Below are positions 11,189-24,624 of a stretch of 64,000 bases of DNA, piece by piece. Source of the DNA: Psammoneis japonica (lineage: Eukaryota); contig QPGO01000023.1 of NCBI GenBank assembly GCA_008632985.1, forward strand, positions 217,266 to 281,265, given 5' to 3'. Position numbers and translations under genes: made by a program. How positions within the stretch are numbered: the first letter of the stretch is position 1; the number at the start of each line of letters is the position of its first letter. The notes beneath the pieces were generated by a model that worked only from the letters and a program-made list of their open reading frames with translations, had not been told where the DNA came from and did not search any database.

Positions 11189-12183
11189 ATGAATACCACG
11201 CTCATGCTATTCACACTCCTTACTGTTGGATACAGTGTCAATGTACGAGAAAATTATAAGGCGGTACTGCGAAAAGAGAGGGACTTTCTTCGCCATGATG
11301 TTGTAGGTATTTTTTCGATTTCTGCTGTTCGTCAGTGTTCAGTGTTCTGTGTACTACTCAAAAAGTGTGCCACATCTCTAATGTTCATTCTTCTTCATGT
11401 CAGACAATGTGGGAGGAAGATGAAGATTTCATTATGCGTCAGCTCGAATCATCGTCCATGTCCATAAACGTCGAATCGCCCACTGTTTTTCCCACCGTCG
11501 GTTCAACTCCATCACCAACTCCACCTCGTCCTACACCATCTCCTGTACCACTCCCTCCCACCACTCCAAGCACCGACTTGGAATGGTTTGGACAGAATGC
11601 GTACTTTTCAGGGGAAAACGTCAAGGCAACCATTGATGATGGGAGTGTGATTTCGTTTCAAGACGATTTTGATCGTCCCCTCTTTATCAATTCAGGCGGC
11701 GGTGGAGAAGAGGTATCACGGGAAGATTCTTGGACCGAAGGTGGAATTGAACGACGAGTCAAGTTTTACTTTTTCATAAAGCCTCCTGGAGAAGCGTATT
11801 CCATACCGGATGCGGCCGAGTTTGGATGGTACATGTACGATGCTCGAATGTACAATGCACAAGGTACCGATTGGGTTTATTGGGGTGGCGACTATCGCAA
11901 TGTCAGCATGGTGCAGACTCGTCCAGGATTTGAATTGTTTTATTGTGATCATTTTGAGCTAGACTATGTGCTTGGAGGGCGTCCACCGACACAAGGCGAA
12001 CCGGGAGGCAAGTTTGAGGCGGAGAATGTCACAATAGGCGGATATTTGGAGGAAGGATACGATGTAGAATCTCTTCGAGTGTTCAATCCTTGTGCTGAAA
12101 AATTTCCTGGAGAAGAATGCAGAGCAATAAATGGAAACGTCTTTTGTGGGGATACCGCCTTGACTCTGGATGCTTTCAGTTGA
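11189..12183 (+). CDS. Secreted protein of unknown function with Pro/Thr/Ser linker (paralog A)
   Basis: Signal-like MNTTLMLFTLLTVGYS; intron 11303-11403 (GTAGGT...CAG) keeps the frame; PTPS linker followed by a ~200-aa domain. Confidence 0.75.
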
Positions 12184-12757
12184 TACTATCCCAAAGAGTA
12201 TCCCCTGTGGTCTGTATGTCCGGACGCACTTTGTTACAAAAGCCTACGCCACGTCATAGGGTATTGAAAAGATTCCTCCATGACAACTATACTGAAATCA
12301 CCAATAAGCCCTCTAATGCTCAAATTGGTCAACGGATCTTCTAGCATTGTCAAGGGCCCGTTGTTAATCCTCCCATGCCTTTATGCATGTCTACCATGTC
12401 ATACCGGCTGTGAAGGAACGCAGCGCACAGAAGTCAATGGCTACTGTTTTTGCCGCTCTTTTGAGTTGCCCGCGCGAACAGTGAAATGACGGGCACTTTG
12501 ATTGTTCCTACTCTACTCTTTACTCTAGCTAGCTAGCTCCAGTTGAGACGATTCCTCGCGACTGTTCATTCACAATAATGAGATCGGCAACTCGCGACTG
12601 GCATCCACGATTGGTGGATTCGGGATTCATTCCACAATCCCCGCCGCGCGGAGCTGGGGTCGCGGATCAAATTCAAAATCGCGAACCAAGAAAAAGCTAG
12701 AGAACATGATCATTAAATCACACAATGACACGAAATACTCATCTACGATCAGTTACA

Positions 12758-13803
12758 ATGGAACTAATCATCAAGCTACTCATATCTTTGCTGTTGGCTA
12801 CAGTATCGACGCACGAGGAAGTTCTAAGGGAGGATTGGGAAAAGAGAGTCGCTTCCTACGGCATGATGTAGATGTAGGTACTTTTCTCGTTTCTGCTGTT
12901 TGTAAGTGTGACATCATTTCTAATATTTGATCTTTTGATCATATCAGATGCTGTGGGAGGAAGAGGAAGCTTTCATTATGCGTCAGCTCGAATCTTCCAT
13001 GTCGATAGACGTAACATCGCCACCAAATTCACCCTTGGAGCCTGGTTCATCGCCACCAGATTCACCTTGGAGCCTGGTTCAACGCCACCAGATTCACCTA
13101 CGGAGCCTGGTTCAACGCTATCACCAACTCTTTCGTCTCCACCTAGTCCTACACTCTCCCCGGTGACACTCCTTCCCAAGCCAACAAGTATAAACTTGGA
13201 ATGGTTTGGACAGAATGCGTACTTTTCCGCAAAGAACGTCAAGGCAACCATTAACGATGGGAGTATGATTACCTTTCAGGACGACTTTGCTCGTCCCCTC
13301 GATATAAATTCGGGTGGCAGTGGAGAAGAAATATCACGAGAAGATGCGTGGAGAGAAGGTGGAATTGAACGACGAGTCAAGTTTTACTTTAACATAACCC
13401 TCCTGGAGATCCATTTTCCACACATAACCGGATGCAGCCAAGTTTGGATGGTACATGTACGACGCACGAATGTACAATGCTGAAGGCACGGGTTGGGTGT
13501 ATTGGGGCGGTGACTATCAAAATGTCAGCATGGTTCAGACGCGTCCGGGATATGCAATGTTCCATTGCGATTATTTTGAACTAGATTATGTGCTAGATTC
13601 TTGGTCGGGACAAGAAGAACCGGGAGGCAAGTTTGAGGCGGAGAATGTGACAATAGGAGGATACTTGGAAGAAGGGTACGATGTTTCATCACTTCGAGTA
13701 TTCAATCCATTGCATGGAAAGCTTTCCTGGAGAAGATTGCAGAGCAGTCAATGGAAAAGTATTCTGTGGGGATACCCCCTTGACTATGATTGATTTCAAT
13801 TAG
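12758..13803 (+). CDS. Tandem paralog B of the 11189-12183 gene; several frameshifts (errors or pseudogene)
   Basis: Shares LEWFGQNAYFS, GGIERRVKFYF, MYDARMYNA and GGKFEAENVTIGGYLEEGYDV and the same intron position. Split over ORFs 12706-12930, 12948-13166, 12908-13483 and 13455-13793. Confidence 0.75.
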
Positions 13804-13995
13804 ACAATCACCGCTCTTGTCGCGCATGCCCCAAACTCATTCTTTGGCGGCAATACCTTACATTTACTTCCTTAGAAGCCGATTCACTTTCTAGAGCTCT
13901 TCTCGGTTGCGAAGTAGTCATATCTAAGCTCGCAGTCCAGTCGCGGCTAGCCTGCAAAAGGATAAAAAACGCCTCCTTCAAAAACAACAGTACAA

Positions 13996-14786
13996 TCATT
14001 CTACTTCGCATGACGACACAAGTTTGTACAAGTGATGTTCATTGCGAGCCACTCCCTCCCAATACGGTGTGCCTGTTCCAAACCCCGGCTGTTGCTTTAA
14101 CCGTTCAATGGCTTGTACGTCAGTCCACTGCCCGTAATTGAGAACCATGGTTCCATCCATACTCTTGTGAAAGGTAGCACTCAAGAGGCCCTCCGTCTCC
14201 ATGGCGGGTCCAATATTGTCATGAGCCAGCTGTACCATGGCTGGTTGTTTCGATGGATCCATGTAAAACTCAGCAAAGTGCACGAGGGAATACTTGGGAT
14301 TGACCGACACGTCTTCGTCAACAAGGTTGGATTCGGACCTGAAAATCTCGTACACTTTTCTATTTTGATCCGTAGGGTCAATTGCAGCGCCTTTTATTGC
14401 TCGGTGTATGGCAGTTCTGAAACTCTCGAGACTAGACGCCTCTTGATAATTGTCTAAAGTATCCCACTGCTCGTACGTTGCCACCTTGTTGCCGTCGAGG
14501 CTTTGATGCAGGTGAATCGATACAAATCCATTGCACTCTCTCAACATTGGTAAAACAGTGTTTCTCATGGACCCTATCAAATGTTGCTGTTGGTGTTCGT
14601 CTCGAGTGAGATAAATGCCACTGCAGTCGTCAAGGAATTGTCTAGTGAAAGCGGTGAAGCATGCCTTTCCGTCGTTATTGTGACACAAACATCACGCTTC
14701 ACGATTCCAACTGTACAAAACGCCTTGACGCCCCGCTCAAAGGACACACAGAGGCACAGGAAAAGAAACGACGATAAATTACTCAT
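13996..14786 (-). CDS. Tandem two-domain ABM (antibiotic biosynthesis monooxygenase-like) protein, probably plastid-targeted; one frameshift near 14595
   Basis: GFVSIHLHQSLDGNKVATYEQW and GLLSATFHKSMDGTMVLNYGQW are ABM signatures. Upstream ORF 14577-14786 supplies a signal peptide + AF. Confidence 0.75.
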
Positions 14787-15056
14787 TTCTGCGAATTTCT
14801 AACCAACAACCAACGGTCCGCTCTCGAGCTATGATATGCGATAGACGCAGCAACAATAGACAACAACACAACGGCGGCCATCATGGGCTGTCAGAGGGAA
14901 GCAGAAAGTCGCGTGCGCCGCGCGGATGACGACGTGATGACCGTATGAACGTACAGAATGTGAAACGCATGACAGACGTCACTGATCAAAATTTTGACTG
15001 ACACGACTGACTAACTCCGCCCCGCCCAGAAAAATGCCAGTCTCGCTGTCATCACC

Positions 15057-18000
15057 ATGGCGTCTTCACGATGGAAGCGCTTTGCCTTTTTCGATCGGCA
15101 TACACTGAGTCTCCCATCACAAGTATCAGAAGACTTGGTATTGTCTTCTAGAAGCAAGAGTTCCCGCCGAATCATCGTTTCGGATAACGAACATGTCAGT
15201 AATGATGCAGTCAGTCTTGTTGTAACTACAGCGGCGCTGCCCATGGATACCAAGCAAAAGAGTGTAGTAGCAAACAAGAATCAAACATCCGGAGAAGCGT
15301 CAATATCATCCGAAACAAAAGAGGAAGTCGAGACTGACAATGCCCTTACAGGAATGTGGTCCACTCTGACGGCTTGTACAGCTCCAAATGCAGCTTCTGA
15401 TGCGCAAGAGCATCAACAGCTAAACTACCGAGTCAGTCTCAACAATTAATGATGGACCCCAACTATGTGCAAAATACAACGGCAAAGAAAACTGAAGCGG
15501 ATGGATTGGTGCTTTTGTTTTGCTCGTCCCATCAAACAGATTTGATTCATTGTGTAGATGTTACCGTGCGATGCAATCCAACCAAGGAAACGAACAGTAC
15601 GGACGAACATGCGTTGGAAGATTTGGATGGGTGGCGCGGATACTTTGCCCCGTTTGGGTTTAGGGACGCTGCTTCTATTACTGGGAGACACGGATCTGAG
15701 TCTCTGGGAGAATCGAGTTCATCTCTGGACAATTCGCTTGTTTCGGTCCGTGCTCTAGCTACATGCCGAGAACCCGTCACGGCCGAGTCCAAAGACCAGC
15801 ACTCGCCCGTTTATCTGGCGTGTGTATCCGACACGAGGCTCGTGGTCCATACTGATCCCCATATATACTTGTCCTGTCGGCTTCCTCTCAAGAGCTCAAG
15901 CAACACGACCAACAGTCCTCGACCGGCATACACGTCCTGGAATACCTCCCTGCACGGTCAAGCCAGAACCGTCGACATGTGTCCCGGCCTAGTGGCTGTG
16001 GGAACCGACAAGGGAGCAGTGTTGGTGTTTTCTTTTACTCCGACCCGTTTGAATCTCATCATGTCTATTCCTTCTCCGCCATCTCAAGGAAACGGGGTAG
16101 CAGTGTCGAGTATCAAATTGACCAACAACGACACTGTCGTCTTGTTTGTCGCCTACCACAAGCAACAGCAACAACCCCCAAATTCCCTCCGAGGGTGTTC
16201 GTCCACAGTCATCGCCTCGAAAGGCTGGAGCAGGAGGAGTCGTGTGTTTTGATTTGGGCACAACCATTGGAGGTGGCCACTCCGGTTCAACCGCACCTTT
16301 GGCACGATACGATTTGGATGGACGGCCTGTGCCTTCCTCGAGTCTGTGCGACTTGGTTGTGTCGGAGCAGGACGGGCATCACTTTATGGTGGTACGTTAT
16401 AGTGTTCTGCAGACAGTGCTTTGTTCTTTTAGTTTTTCACGTGTCGTTCTCCTATTTTTTTGTTCAGGCGCAAACCGACGGACTCTATTCTTATTCACAA
16501 ACGCAAAAGGTGGGAGTGTCTCCGGTCGACGGTACTAAAATTGCCATGTGTGTCTTGCCTCCTCCAGAACGCCAGCCATGGCTTCGAAAGAGAGTGGTGG
16601 GAATGCCGTCGGTGGCGGCGACGTGGGATCTCTTTATGCGCTGGTGGCAAGCATGGATGTCAAGTCGGGACGAGACGCGATTGATGTCTATGATGCCACC
16701 AACAAACTTGTTGCCTTTCATGTATTATTGTCGCCGGGGCATAAAGCCTTGCGTGCCGTTGGAGTTTCCACCTTGGCCAAAAACTCTAGCGACATGGATG
16801 GAGGACGGTCGTCTGCTGTTGTCCTTACGGTACGTTTCGACTGCCCTCGAGAATTGGAGTTAGTTTCGGCAATATGGCATAACTGTGTACTAATTCTCAT
16901 TCTTTGCGACAGAGCGGCGGTTCCATTGTCACGCTGACCGAGAAAGTCACATCAGAAAAAGTCTCTCTTTTGGTCCAGAAGAACTTGTACTCTGCTGCGA
17001 TTTCAATGGCATTTGGAGATCCATCCTATCAACCCGCTGATATCACGGCATTGTACCGCCGACACGCTGAACATTTGTATCGAAAGGGAGACTTTAGTGC
17101 CGCCATGGAGCAGTACATTTACACCATTGGCTCACTGAATCATCACATGTCATTTTTCGGTACTTGGATGCTCCCAAGATTCCCCTCTTGGCAAAGTATT
17201 TGGAAGAATTACGAGTCCGCAAGCTGGCTTCGCCTGTTCACAATGAACTCCTGAGAGCATGCTATCTCAAACTTAACGACACTGCTGCAGCCGAAAAGAT
17301 TGCAGCCGAATCCACGGGGGCGACGGATGCGTCGTCATGGTCATCCACGGTATCTGAGTTGTCGACGCAGAATCCAAAGGAAGCTCTGGCTTTGATTTGT
17401 TCCTTCAAGGCGCCGCAGGTACGTACTGTAGTTGTGTTTCGTAGCTTATATGTGGTGACTCTGGCATGTTTCGGACCTCACGATTTCCCCTTTTTCGCTG
17501 CGCCGACGACGTAATATGTATCTAGGCCGCGGAAGCTCTGGTCGTCCATGGCGCAACCTTGGCGAGGAGCTTGCCTCACGAGACTGCGGGAGTTGTCGTT
17601 TCTTTGTGTGTCGGTAGTTACTCGCCCACCAATCTTGCAAGTGTAGCACCGGACAAGTCGAAAGCACACGTTTCCAAAAGCGATCGTGATGCTGCAAAGC
17701 TGTTGGAGTACCAGCCTGGGTGGAAGAAGGTGGCGAGAAAACATCGGACCCGTATCCGGTCCACCTTTTTGCCAGGGCCTTTCTGGAAAACCCAAAGCTT
17801 CTGCGCTTGATACTTTCGCACTGTTCTCGGAGCAAATGTCCCTTGACTCCGTCACTGAGAAGGACATTGTTGGAGTTAACTCTGGCTGAATGGAATCACG
17901 CAAAGCGAACGGGGGACACAGAAGCAGAAAGATTGCGTCGGAAGGAAGCTATCACAGTGAGTAGACCGTTCAGTGTTCGGTTTCTTTTGCTTTCTTTATT

Positions 18001-19005
18001 CTCTCAATAAAGATATATTTCCGACTTTTTTCATAGTCCTTGACCGACGCGCATTCTTCTGAAGTCGGCGATTACGAAGCTCTTGTACTTGTGCAGCAAG
18101 CAGGCTTCGCCGAAGGTGAATTGCTGCTTTATGAGCGTCTGCAGATGGTACCCATGCTCTTGGCGAGCTATGCCGCTGATGGTGGAGAGCGTGCACGAAG
18201 GCAAATGCTAGCAATGTGCCAAAGCGATCCAGAGATTCTTGCTGATGTACTGGGCTACTTTGTCAACATGGCGGGCGAGAAGGCTGCAGCTGTGAGTAAA
18301 TTGTGTCTTTGTTACGGTTTAGGGCTAGTTGTCAGTGCAAAGACCTTTCTCTCACCCCCTTTCCATCTTATATGGTGCACAGGCCGAGGAAGCAGACGAA
18401 GCGAGTGATATCTCGGACGAAGACGACGAAATCTTGGAAGACATTCGAGAAGCTTTGTCTCTAGCTCGGGTTCAGGGTGTTATCCCGCCAGTGAGAATTG
18501 CAAGGATTCTAGCGGGCGAAGGAACAGGGCAGTTTAGCTCAGAAGTTCAACAGTCAAGTGACGCCAACAAACAGCCAACGGTACCACTTTCGGTGGCACT
18601 TGACTACGTGGGCGTCATCTTGGATGAGTCCAGCAAGGACATATCACGACTTCGGGTAAGTGAAAGTCGCAATCATGTAACGCGCATCGCTGTTACTATT
18701 TGTAGTCTAACCCTTTCACATTCGATCATTTCAATGCAGGCTGAGGTTGAGGAGTACAATCAGCTTTGCTCTGAAATGGAAACAGAAATTGCTAGCATTT
18801 CAGGATCATCTCAATCGCTGGAAGAAGGGCACAATATCAATATCGATGAAGTCTATTCCAAACTCCGCACAGCAGTTGATGAAGGCAGCAGTGCAGAGAG
18901 CAATAAATCTCTACAGGCGAGTGAGGCTTCTGGCGAGAGATGGGAAATTCGGAGGATCGGTTTGAAACAATTGCTCGCTTTTTCGCAAAAGGCGTTATGG
19001 AATAG
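15057..19005 (+). CDS. VPS11: Vacuolar protein sorting 11 (HOPS/CORVET core); multi-exon, some frameshifts
   Basis: N-terminal WKRFAFFD; clathrin-repeat region HAEHLYRKGDFSAAMEQYIYTIGSL..SHVIFRYLDAPKI; C-terminal FETIARFFAKG-stop. About six GT-AG introns (~16392, 16830, 17419, 17957, 18292, 18656). Confidence 0.88.
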
Positions 19006-19143
19006 TAACGTAATTTTTAATTTATCGTATGCAGTGTCTGGTTGTAGTTCCAGTTCCTCCATCCCAGTCAAGTGCTTTGACGGGTCGTTTGCAACCTATC
19101 TGACTCGAGTAGATAAAGATGTCGTCGTAAAAGAACCTCGCGC

Positions 19144-22100
19144 CTACTGTTTCTGAGACTTGACCACTTTTGAAGCTGTTGAACCTCTTTCTTTTCCATT
19201 TGTAAGAAGTCGCCAATTTTGTTGCTGGATCGGCCAAAGCTCAACTTGTCTCCCTGCGTTAGGGATAGGAAGCATGAGAATGCATTAGCACCAAAAGGAA
19301 AGCTTCAGATTTTCGATCACAAGCACAAAACACACACGCTACTTACCATTCCAGTTCCAACATATTTGTCCAAAATGTTTCCAAGCTTGTCCATGGCAAG
19401 GTATGGATACTTTCGCCTAAGCACAGCAGCATTAACGGGCTGCAAGAGCGTTGGCAGCTCCGGGTCGAGCAGAGCATTGGTCAAGCACTTCAATTCATTA
19501 AAGCACTCGCTCAGCTGAGGAATTCCAGTGCTCTCAGCAAAGTTTTCAAACTCAGCCACGTCCAAGGACAAGTTTTTAATGCCACAAGCGTCAATACGAG
19601 AAATGGGCGGCAGGGTTTCCTTGGCATCGCTAGCCCTTTCCGAGGGATCATCGGCAAGCAACTTGACCAAACGCTCCGCCACGTGTCCACAACACGAAAA
19701 GTGCAATCCAGCCCGTGATCCTTCATCCATGGGACCAAGGCACTTAAAGGTGGATCGCATGTACTCCACCAGACTCTCGCAATACGCGTTGGGCATGTCA
19801 CGAGCCGTCTTAGCAACCCACTGAAAGTTCTCCAAGGAGAAGTTAATGAGCATGTCAATCTTGTTGCGACAAATTTCATAGACAAGACTGTACATGCTGC
19901 GGACTTGCGTGTCGCACGATTTGTCGGCTCCCTTGAGAGTATGATCCGCATACTGAAAGGTCTCTTCCAATTCCGCAAACCGTATGAGACCAGAGTGACA
20001 CATGCCTCGCATGAGCGTACCAAATAAACGAGGAAGGGCGTGCTGTAACGCCGAAATGTTTGCCGTTACTTGCACAGCTTCCTCCACCGACATTTCATCC
20101 ACTGGAGTTCCGTCTCCCTCACGGATACCCACGGCTGCAATGGAAACGCACTCTTCAATGCAATCCAGAACGTATCCAGCAGCACCACTTCCCTTTTTGG
20201 ACGTAAAGACTTGTCCGAGCTCTTGTTGGTTGAGCGCAAAGGCCGCACAAACAATAGCACGGGCATGAATGGACCGAACGACAAGCGGAACTGACGCGGA
20301 AAACATGTGGTACTCGTCCTCCTTGCCTCGACGCTCGTGACGAAATTCCGACGTATCGAGGGGCTTTTGCTTGAGATCCACCAATCCAAACGGCATGCCG
20401 ATATTCTCTGTATCGGGCACACCCGCATCCTTGCGACTCGGTTTGCTGCGACGAGTATCCGAAAGACGAACCATCATGGGTTCCTTGCGGTCATCCGTCA
20501 CAATGGCCTTGGTAATTTTGAGCTGTTCCATTTGAATCACCTTGAGCGCCGTCATGATGATATCGACATCCATGGCCAGCAGTTCCTTGTCACTGCGACG
20601 AGTGGTAGAACTGGGATGGACAATCTTGAGACCGGACCGTAAGGCAGCCATGAGACACGATCCTCTCGCCAACTCGACAAGCGTGGCTCCAATGGCACGC
20701 TTTCGTAACAAGGCACCCAACTCGGCCACGAGCGTACGTTCGTACCGTGCCGAACTGTCACGAAAGCGTGTGGCGCTGCTACTCGTGTCTGCACCAACGC
20801 CACTTGCTTCTCTAGCTTCTTCCTCCTCGTCGGCAAAGTTGCCCAACTCGAGTGCTGCTTCGACGGCACTAAAGCCCACAACACTAGCACACAAGTGCGA
20901 AAGACTCTTTGCGAAAAAGACACGGTCCGTCCCGACACTCACATCATCGCCCGTAAGTGAGGATAGCGAACTGCGAGTTTCATTGGCACCACCATCTTCG
21001 GCCGCAGCCGCATCTTCTTGTTTGCCTCCACCAATCTTGACATTACCGAATCGATTCTCTTCATAATAGGCACAAAACTCTTCCGACTTGCCCAAAAGAG
21101 TATAGGCCGTTTCGGCCCGACGCACGGGATGGACGGATTCGGGCAATTCAAACATTTTTGCATCATCCTCCTTGCGTGTCGCTGCATCCATGAATAAATC
21201 ACTAGGAATCAAAAGCTTGGCCCACGGTGGACGGTTCCGTTCTCCACTGCCACCACCACCACCACCACTGGTCGAAGCACGAGTGGATGACTTGATGTCC
21301 TTGCCATCGGCTCCCGTAGCCTTGTCTTCACCTTCTTTTCTACGTCCCACACTTAGATCACGACGATGGGCCGACGAGGAGAGAGACGACGACGCACTCT
21401 CTCGCGCCCGAAATCCCAATGTCCGTCCCCGACGTCCATGGCGACTCCCACTCAATCCACCATGACCACTCCGGTCCATTCCGTGTCGACTACCCGACAA
21501 TCCCCCGGTAATGGAAATGCCTTCAAATTCCGACAAATCCACCAAGAGAGCATCCCGTTCATCCCACGCTCGGTACCATCCAAAGGCTGCCGCAAACGAT
21601 TCGGCCCGTCGATCAATACCAGGACCGCACAAGGATTCCAACCGCTCGGCTTCCTTGGGTGCATCGCGTTCAAAAAAGTATCCCAATCGCACGGCACGAG
21701 CGACACGTCCGTTTTGTGAGACACGCGAAATCCAATTGTCGGCCGTTTTGGCCCGCATAATGTAGGAGGGTGGCAAGTGTCCGCCCAAACCCAAATTGCC
21801 CGGTCCGACCGCCACGCTATTGGCACATCGTCTCAACACGGCCCGGCCCGCCTTGGCACCATCGCCGCCACTGCGCATTTGTAAAAACCAACGATTGAGT
21901 CCGCGGCGTGCTCCAATCAAGACTTCATTTTCAATCTTGGGGAGAACTAAAGTGGCGCGTGCGCCGTAGGGGGTTTCTTCCAAGGATAGCAGCGAAGCTT
22001 GCTTGTTGGTGCCATCGGCGGTATTACTCGTGGCGGATGGAGTTGTACCCGTGTTTGCACCAGACGTGCTTTCCAATGTGGGTTTTGCCAATAAGTTGTG

Positions 22101-22844
22101 GTACAATTGCGCAAACGACGACGCCTCGTCCATTTTGTTACCACCCGGCACAAACAACAACGAAGAGAGAGGCGACGTGAGCAATTGTCTCGCTTCATCC
22201 ACAGCATCCAGAGCCGCCCTGGGTCGTCCCAATGACGCTTGTTGTCGTGCTCGTTCCAACAAGACAGCAACCCGCCGACACGCCGTCACCATGCCGTGTA
22301 GCGTCCGTGCTCGTGCGTCTGCCTGTTGCGACGCTTCCATATACACGGCGGCATCCACCATGGTGCCGGCCGTGTTTTGTTGGAGCTCGTCGTTTTGTTG
22401 TTTTAACTCCGTCTCTAATTCTTTCGACGGAACTCCCAATGCTACGACAGACGCGACGGAATCCAAAAAGGCATTGGAATGATCGTGACACACTTGACCG
22501 ATCCGACCCGCACTGTCCTTGGCTTCTTGTACCAACTCGGCGTGCAAGTCTTTATCCAAACCACGTTCCAATGCAGTAGCGACAGTTGACGCTACGAGCC
22601 ATTCGTAATCATCCAATTTGTTATTGTTATTGTCTGAAGAAGAAGAAGCACTCGTCAGCTTGCTCACGTCGGTCACCAATCGACGCACTGCTTCTTCGCG
22701 ACGACGGCGTACACGGTTCTGCCAAATCTCATTGGCTTTGGAAGAATTATTGGCATTGCTCTTGAGAGGAGTGTCTTCAACAGCGACTTCTTCTTCTTCC
22801 TCTTCATCGTCTTGTAGCTCGTGATCAGGAGCAGATGCAGTCAT
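19144..22844 (-). CDS. SEC15: Exocyst complex component Sec15/EXOC6
   Basis: 1175-aa [19 protein letters not shown] resembles the Sec15 N-terminus; NFQW...[12 protein letters not shown] and FNELK fit the Sec15 C-terminus. Intron 19346-19254 precedes a short last exon. Confidence 0.85.
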
Positions 22845-23111
22845 GGTGTTGTCGTATGATATGTTGTTGTTGTTGTTGCTTTTTGTTGTGTGTTTCTCTC
22901 AACGCATGGCGATCAATGATACATCCGGGTGTGTTTCTTAAAATAGGAATCAGGAATCTTGAAGCTTGAGGAGCAATTCACATCTCCGGTTTTGCGCGGT
23001 CTAATCTTTCGCGCGAAAAGATACTCTCCGGGTTTCTTCCTGATGGATCGCTCATTTTTTGTTTTTTGCGCTTCGCACTTCGCACTCTTCTTTTTCCAAC
23101 AAGCTTCGACC

Positions 23112-24596
23112 ATGATTGTCAACTGGTTGCTTTTTGTTGCAACATTGCAGTCATTGGTATCGATTTTAGAATCTTTTACTCTAGTAAAGAATCATTGTGA
23201 GAATCGATTTCGATTGACAAGGACGTCTCGAACGACGCTCCTCTTGAGCAGCAGCACTACAGAATCGAATGAAAACAAAAACTTCATTACAAACCACTCA
23301 CCACCATCGTCATCAACGGCACCTGCGTTTGTGTATTCACCGCTGTCGCTTCTTCATATTCAAAATGTCGATTTACCTCCCGATTACAGTCGACCGTGGA
23401 CGCAACAAAAAACAATAGCCACGGTGGGTGCCTTGGTGGTGGGAGGTGTCATGGGTGCACTCGGTGAGGTTGCCATTCAATCCGTGTTTCATCAAGAAAA
23501 AGCCTTTGTTTTCTTGGGTGCCATTGGGGCAGCCGTCGGATGGCAGCTCTTGGGAGGACAAGAGATTACAAAGTCAGAAGCACAAATCAACGGCGGTCTC
23601 GATGCAAAGCTCATTGCCGACAAACCGTCGCGAATAAACACGACGATTGCATTCTTGAATCAACAACAACAAAAGGACGAACCAACGAACGTCCATGTCA
23701 TTGAGAAACGTCACGATGAAAACGAAATCTTGAAGCATATTCTCAAAGTACATGACGCAGCTTATGTTGAAAAACTCAAACAGTCTTCTCTCTCCGATAA
23801 CCCGTATCCACATCGATTGTATCCCACGTATACACGCACCTTGGTGGATCAACACTCGTACCATGCCGCACTTCAGGCCGTGGGAGATTGGATGGAATGT
23901 GTCAAGGATGCAAGCCAATCGATTCCACCAAGCTTTTTATTGGTGCGACCGCCCAGTCATCATGCGTGCAAGGCCAAAGCCAAGGGCGGATGCTTGTTGA
24001 ATTCCATAGCCATTGCCGCGAAGTATGCTCTAGACGAATTGAATGGAATCCATCGAGTGGCCATTTTGGACATTGACGCACACCATGGAAATGGAATCGC
24101 ACACTGTATACAAGACGACGACCGAATACGATATTGCAGCATTCACGAAGAATACAACACCAACCAACTACTAACGAAACATCAAGCGCTCTATACAGAT
24201 AGTATGGAAACAAATCACAATATCAACGGAGACGACGATCCACGGAGTCCATCGGCAGACGATACAGGTCCATTAGACAATATTCTCAATATTAATTTGC
24301 CTCACAACACGGGTTGGAGGGATGGCTATGCAGAAGCATTGGAAACCAAGGCCATGCCCTTTTTGTGCCGAAACTTTAAGCCAGATGTTTTATTGGTGGC
24401 GGCTGGCTTTGATGCCTTGGAGGAAGATTGGAGTAGTAGTCTGCGATTGCAGCCCGAGGACTATGCCAAGTTGGGAACGATCCTCAAACAGTACTTTGGA
24501 AATCGGATTGCCTTTGGACTCGAAGGTGGATACGCCTACAAGGAGGGACAATTGGCGAACGCCATTACTGAATTTATAAAGCCATGGCAGTCATAA
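23112..24596 (+). CDS. Histone deacetylase-family amidohydrolase, probably plastid-targeted
   Basis: RPPSHHA, DIDAHHGNG, AGFDA, GLEGGY; signal peptide + SF and a Ser/Thr/Arg-rich transit-like region. Confidence 0.88.
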   Translation: MIVNWLLFVATLQSLVSILESFTLVKNHCENRFRLTRTSRTTLLLSSSTTESNENKNFITNHSPPSSSTAPAFVYSPLSLLHIQNVDLPPDYSRPWTQQKTIATVGALVVGGVMGALGEVAIQSVFHQEKAFVFLGAIGAAVGWQLLGGQEITKSEAQINGGLDAKLIADKPSRINTTIAFLNQQQQKDEPTNVHVIEKRHDENEILKHILKVHDAAYVEKLKQSSLSDNPYPHRLYPTYTRTLVDQHSYHAALQAVGDWMECVKDASQSIPPSFLLVRPPSHHACKAKAKGGCLLNSIAIAAKYALDELNGIHRVAILDIDAHHGNGIAHCIQDDDRIRYCSIHEEYNTNQLLTKHQALYTDSMETNHNINGDDDPRSPSADDTGPLDNILNINLPHNTGWRDGYAEALETKAMPFLCRNFKPDVLLVAAGFDALEEDWSSSLRLQPEDYAKLGTILKQYFGNRIAFGLEGGYAYKEGQLANAITEFIKPWQS

Positions 24597-24624
24597 CAGC
24601 ATAAAAACAAAATGTCTCTAGTGT

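Noticed and set aside
19511..22824. Numerous antisense and alternative-frame ORFs over SEC15 and other genes
   Set aside because: Shadow ORFs of long coding regions; no motifs.
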